Source of the DNA: Actinomycetes bacterium | GTDB taxonomy: Bacteria > Actinomycetota > Acidimicrobiia > Acidimicrobiales > RAAP-2 | Direction of reading: 5' to 3' | Length of the DNA: 64,000 nt | NCBI GenBank assembly: GCA_021806045.1 | Contig: JAJZDI010000007.1 | Location: 42,803-106,802, forward strand | Shown: piece by piece, positions 62,381-64,000 of the stretch | Layout: every line of letters begins with the position of its first letter | Numbering within the stretch: the stretch's first letter is position 1 | The notes under the pieces: generated by a model | What the model was told of the DNA's origin: nothing | Seen by the model: the letters and a program-made list of their open reading frames with translations, nothing else | Databases searched by the model: none | Position numbers and translations under genes: made by a program

Positions 62381-62404
62381 CCCTCCCCCTGGGCGCCCTC
62401 CCCC
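62381..62404 (-). other. G-quadruplex-type motif / 15-bp direct repeat in the purL leader
   Basis: The minus strand reads GGGGGAGGG-CGCCCA-GGGGGAGGG: four G-runs of 3 or more with loops of 1, 6 and 1 nt, about 80-100 nt upstream of the purL ATG. Confidence 0.4.
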
Positions 62405-62569
62405 ACTTCCATACAACCTGATGCCCCGGTCAGCATCCGATTCGATGGCGAAAAATCAACATCAGATCATGTGCGAAAAGCGCCCAGGGATGGGGTATTG
62501 CGTTGTCATTGCAGTATTGGCCATTTCCCGTATTGCGCCCCACCGATCATGTGGGAGATACTTGATTTC

Positions 62570-62989
62570 ATGCCCAAAACACCCACCAAAAAGACCCCCA
62601 TGTCCGACGCCCATAAGGCGGCGCTCGCCCAGGGCCGCGAGGAAGGGCGCGTCGTGCGCCGCTACCTCGAGGCCCTCGAGTCGTCCAAGCCCAAGCGTGG
62701 GCGCAAGCGCACCGCCGACTCGATCCAGAAGCGCCTCGGTGCCATCGAGGACCGCCTGCTCGACGCCGACCAGCTCACCCGGCTGAACCTCATCGAAGAG
62801 CGCCGGCGCCTCGAGGAGGAATTGAGCCAGGCCGACGACACGACCGACCTGGCCGCGCTGGAGAAGGACTTCGTCAAGGTCGCCCGCAGCTACGGCGAGC
62901 GCAAGGGCATCACCTACTCGTCGTGGCGCGCGGTGGGCGTGAGCGCTGCGACCCTCCAGCAGGCGAAGATCGCCCGCACCCGGGGCTGA
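62570..62989 (+). CDS. Small basic conserved hypothetical protein
   Basis: 139 aa: MPKTPTKKTPMSDAHKAALAQGREEGRVVRRYLEALESSKPKRGRKR... with a coiled-coil-like middle. GGGAGA lies 11 nt upstream of the ATG. Confidence 0.6.
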   Translation: MPKTPTKKTPMSDAHKAALAQGREEGRVVRRYLEALESSKPKRGRKRTADSIQKRLGAIEDRLLDADQLTRLNLIEERRRLEEELSQADDTTDLAALEKDFVKVARSYGERKGITYSSWRAVGVSAATLQQAKIARTRG

Positions 62990-63099
62990 AGTCCCCGGCC
63001 AGCCGGCGGCAACACCGCCGGCAGTGACTCGGCCGGCGGCAACACCGCCGGCAGCAGGACCGTCGACGCGGTCGGGGGACCCGGGGTGGGCCGGGTCCC

Positions 63100-63786
63100 T
63101 CAGGCCGTGACGGCGGCGGAGGCGGCAGAGGCGGCGACGAACGACGTGAGCACGGGCAGCCCGTCGGCGGAACCGAGGAGCTCCTCCGTGGCCCGCTCCG
63201 GATGGGGCATCAGCCCCACCACGTTGCCGGCCTCGTTGCACACACCGGCGATGTCGCCGGTCGACCCGTTGGGGTTGTCGACGTAGCGCAGCACCACCCG
63301 GTCCTCGGCCACCAGCCGGGTCAGGGTCTCGTCGTCGCAGGTGTAGTTCCCCTCGAAGTGGTTGATGGGGAGGCGCAGGACCGTCCCCGGCGCCACGTCC
63401 CGGGTGAGGACGGAGCGGGAGCTCACCACCTCCACCTCCACCGTGTCGCAGATGAAGCGCAGTCCCCGGTTCTTCTGCAGGGCACCGGGCAGCAGCCCGG
63501 CCTCGGTCAGCACCTGGAAGCCGTTGCAGATCCCCAGCACCGGCCGGCCCGACCGGGCCAGCTCGCCCACCGCCGCCATGACCGGGGAGAAGCGGGCGAT
63601 GGCCCCGGGGCGCAGGTAGTCACCGTGGGCGAACCCACCGGGGACGACCACCCCGTCGAAGCCCGACAGGTCGGTGGCGCCGTGCCACACCAGCTCGGCC
63701 CGGGCACCTGCCTGGTCGAGGGCGCTCACCACGTCGTGCTCGCAGTTGGAGCCGGGGAACACGACGACACCGATGCGGGGAGCCAT
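63100..63786 (-). CDS. purQ: Phosphoribosylformylglycinamidine synthase subunit PurQ (glutaminase)
   Basis: VVVFPGSNCEHD, the catalytic GICNGFQ, and the MPHPER His/Glu region. Confidence 0.95.
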   Translation of the reverse strand: MAPRIGVVVFPGSNCEHDVVSALDQAGARAELVWHGATDLSGFDGVVVPGGFAHGDYLRPGAIARFSPVMAAVGELARSGRPVLGICNGFQVLTEAGLLPGALQKNRGLRFICDTVEVEVVSSRSVLTRDVAPGTVLRLPINHFEGNYTCDDETLTRLVAEDRVVLRYVDNPNGSTGDIAGVCNEAGNVVGLMPHPERATEELLGSADGLPVLTSFVAASAASAAVTA

Positions 63787-64000
63787 CAGCCGAGCACCGT
63801 GACGGTCGACTCCTCGATCACCGGGTTGGCCAGCAGCCGGTGGGCCAGCTCCCCCGCCCGTGCCGCGGCGGCCTCGGCCGAGTCGGCCTCGACCTCCAGG
63901 CGGAATGCCTTGCCCGAGCGCACGGCCCGCACCCCGTCGAAGCCCAGTGCGGGAAGGGCCCGCTCGATGGTGGCACCCTGGGGGTCGGCGATGCCCGGCC
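63786..64000 (-). CDS. purS: Phosphoribosylformylglycinamidine synthase subunit PurS (partial, runs off the right edge)
   Basis: The minus-strand translation reads ...GIADPQGATIERALPALGFDGVRAVRSGKAFRLEVEADSAEAA...LLANPVIEESTVTVLG. The stop overlaps the purQ ATG. Confidence 0.85.
   Translation of the reverse strand, partial: PGIADPQGATIERALPALGFDGVRAVRSGKAFRLEVEADSAEAAAARAGELAHRLLANPVIEESTVTVLG

Noticed and set aside
59767-62421. 884-aa plus-strand ORF covering the purL region
   Set aside because: It is antisense to an unmistakable purL, and its translation is low-complexity (G/A/P/R/H/V) without motifs.

Overview
This is high-GC (about 70%) actinobacterial-type chromosomal DNA, possibly Acidimicrobiia-like (inference only). 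It has dense, often overlapping genes and many shadow ORFs. I found no rRNA, tRNA or CRISPR. From left to right the window contains the following. (1) A toxin-antitoxin-rich segment: a DUF1778/GNAT pair abutting a truncated AAA-ATPase regulator gene, hipBA with three operator-like boxes, and further on a Phd/RelE pair with a perfect palindromic operator. (2) A roughly 14-kb co-directional, translationally coupled operon (6943-20908). It opens with one polypeptide fusing two fungal-Golgi-type mannosyltransferase folds (GT71-like plus GT62-like). It continues with a GT4 carrying a perfect 12-bp in-frame tandem repeat, then a PqqD-like chaperone, an HPr-kinase-like protein with a lysine-less P-loop, a small Tat-signal peptide and a GT2-TPR enzyme. 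It ends with an 1107-aa SBBP/IPT/propeller surface protein, an FkbM methyltransferase, a PD-(D/E)XK-like protein and a DUF2510/propeller membrane protein. I consider this RiPP-like cassette embedded in a glycan operon the best candidate for an undescribed system. (3) Housekeeping and accessory metabolism: alkB-marR, esterases, thioesterases, an SDR/enoyl-CoA hydratase/F420-LLM operon, plsC-like, and an aldehyde dehydrogenase-DUF779-GAF regulator module. (4) Purine and pyrimidine genes (pyrE-purM-purF and purL-purQ-purS) split by an 18-kb Wzx/Wzy-type polysaccharide island. The island has its own PAPS-synthesis genes (cysD, cysNC) and a sulfotransferase, two paralogous GT2 genes, an apparently disrupted wzy-like gene, and an IS1182-type transposase remnant at its edge. 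Three ORFs show coding signal continuing through in-frame stop codons. All calls rest on reading the translations and motifs by eye. No database search was run.
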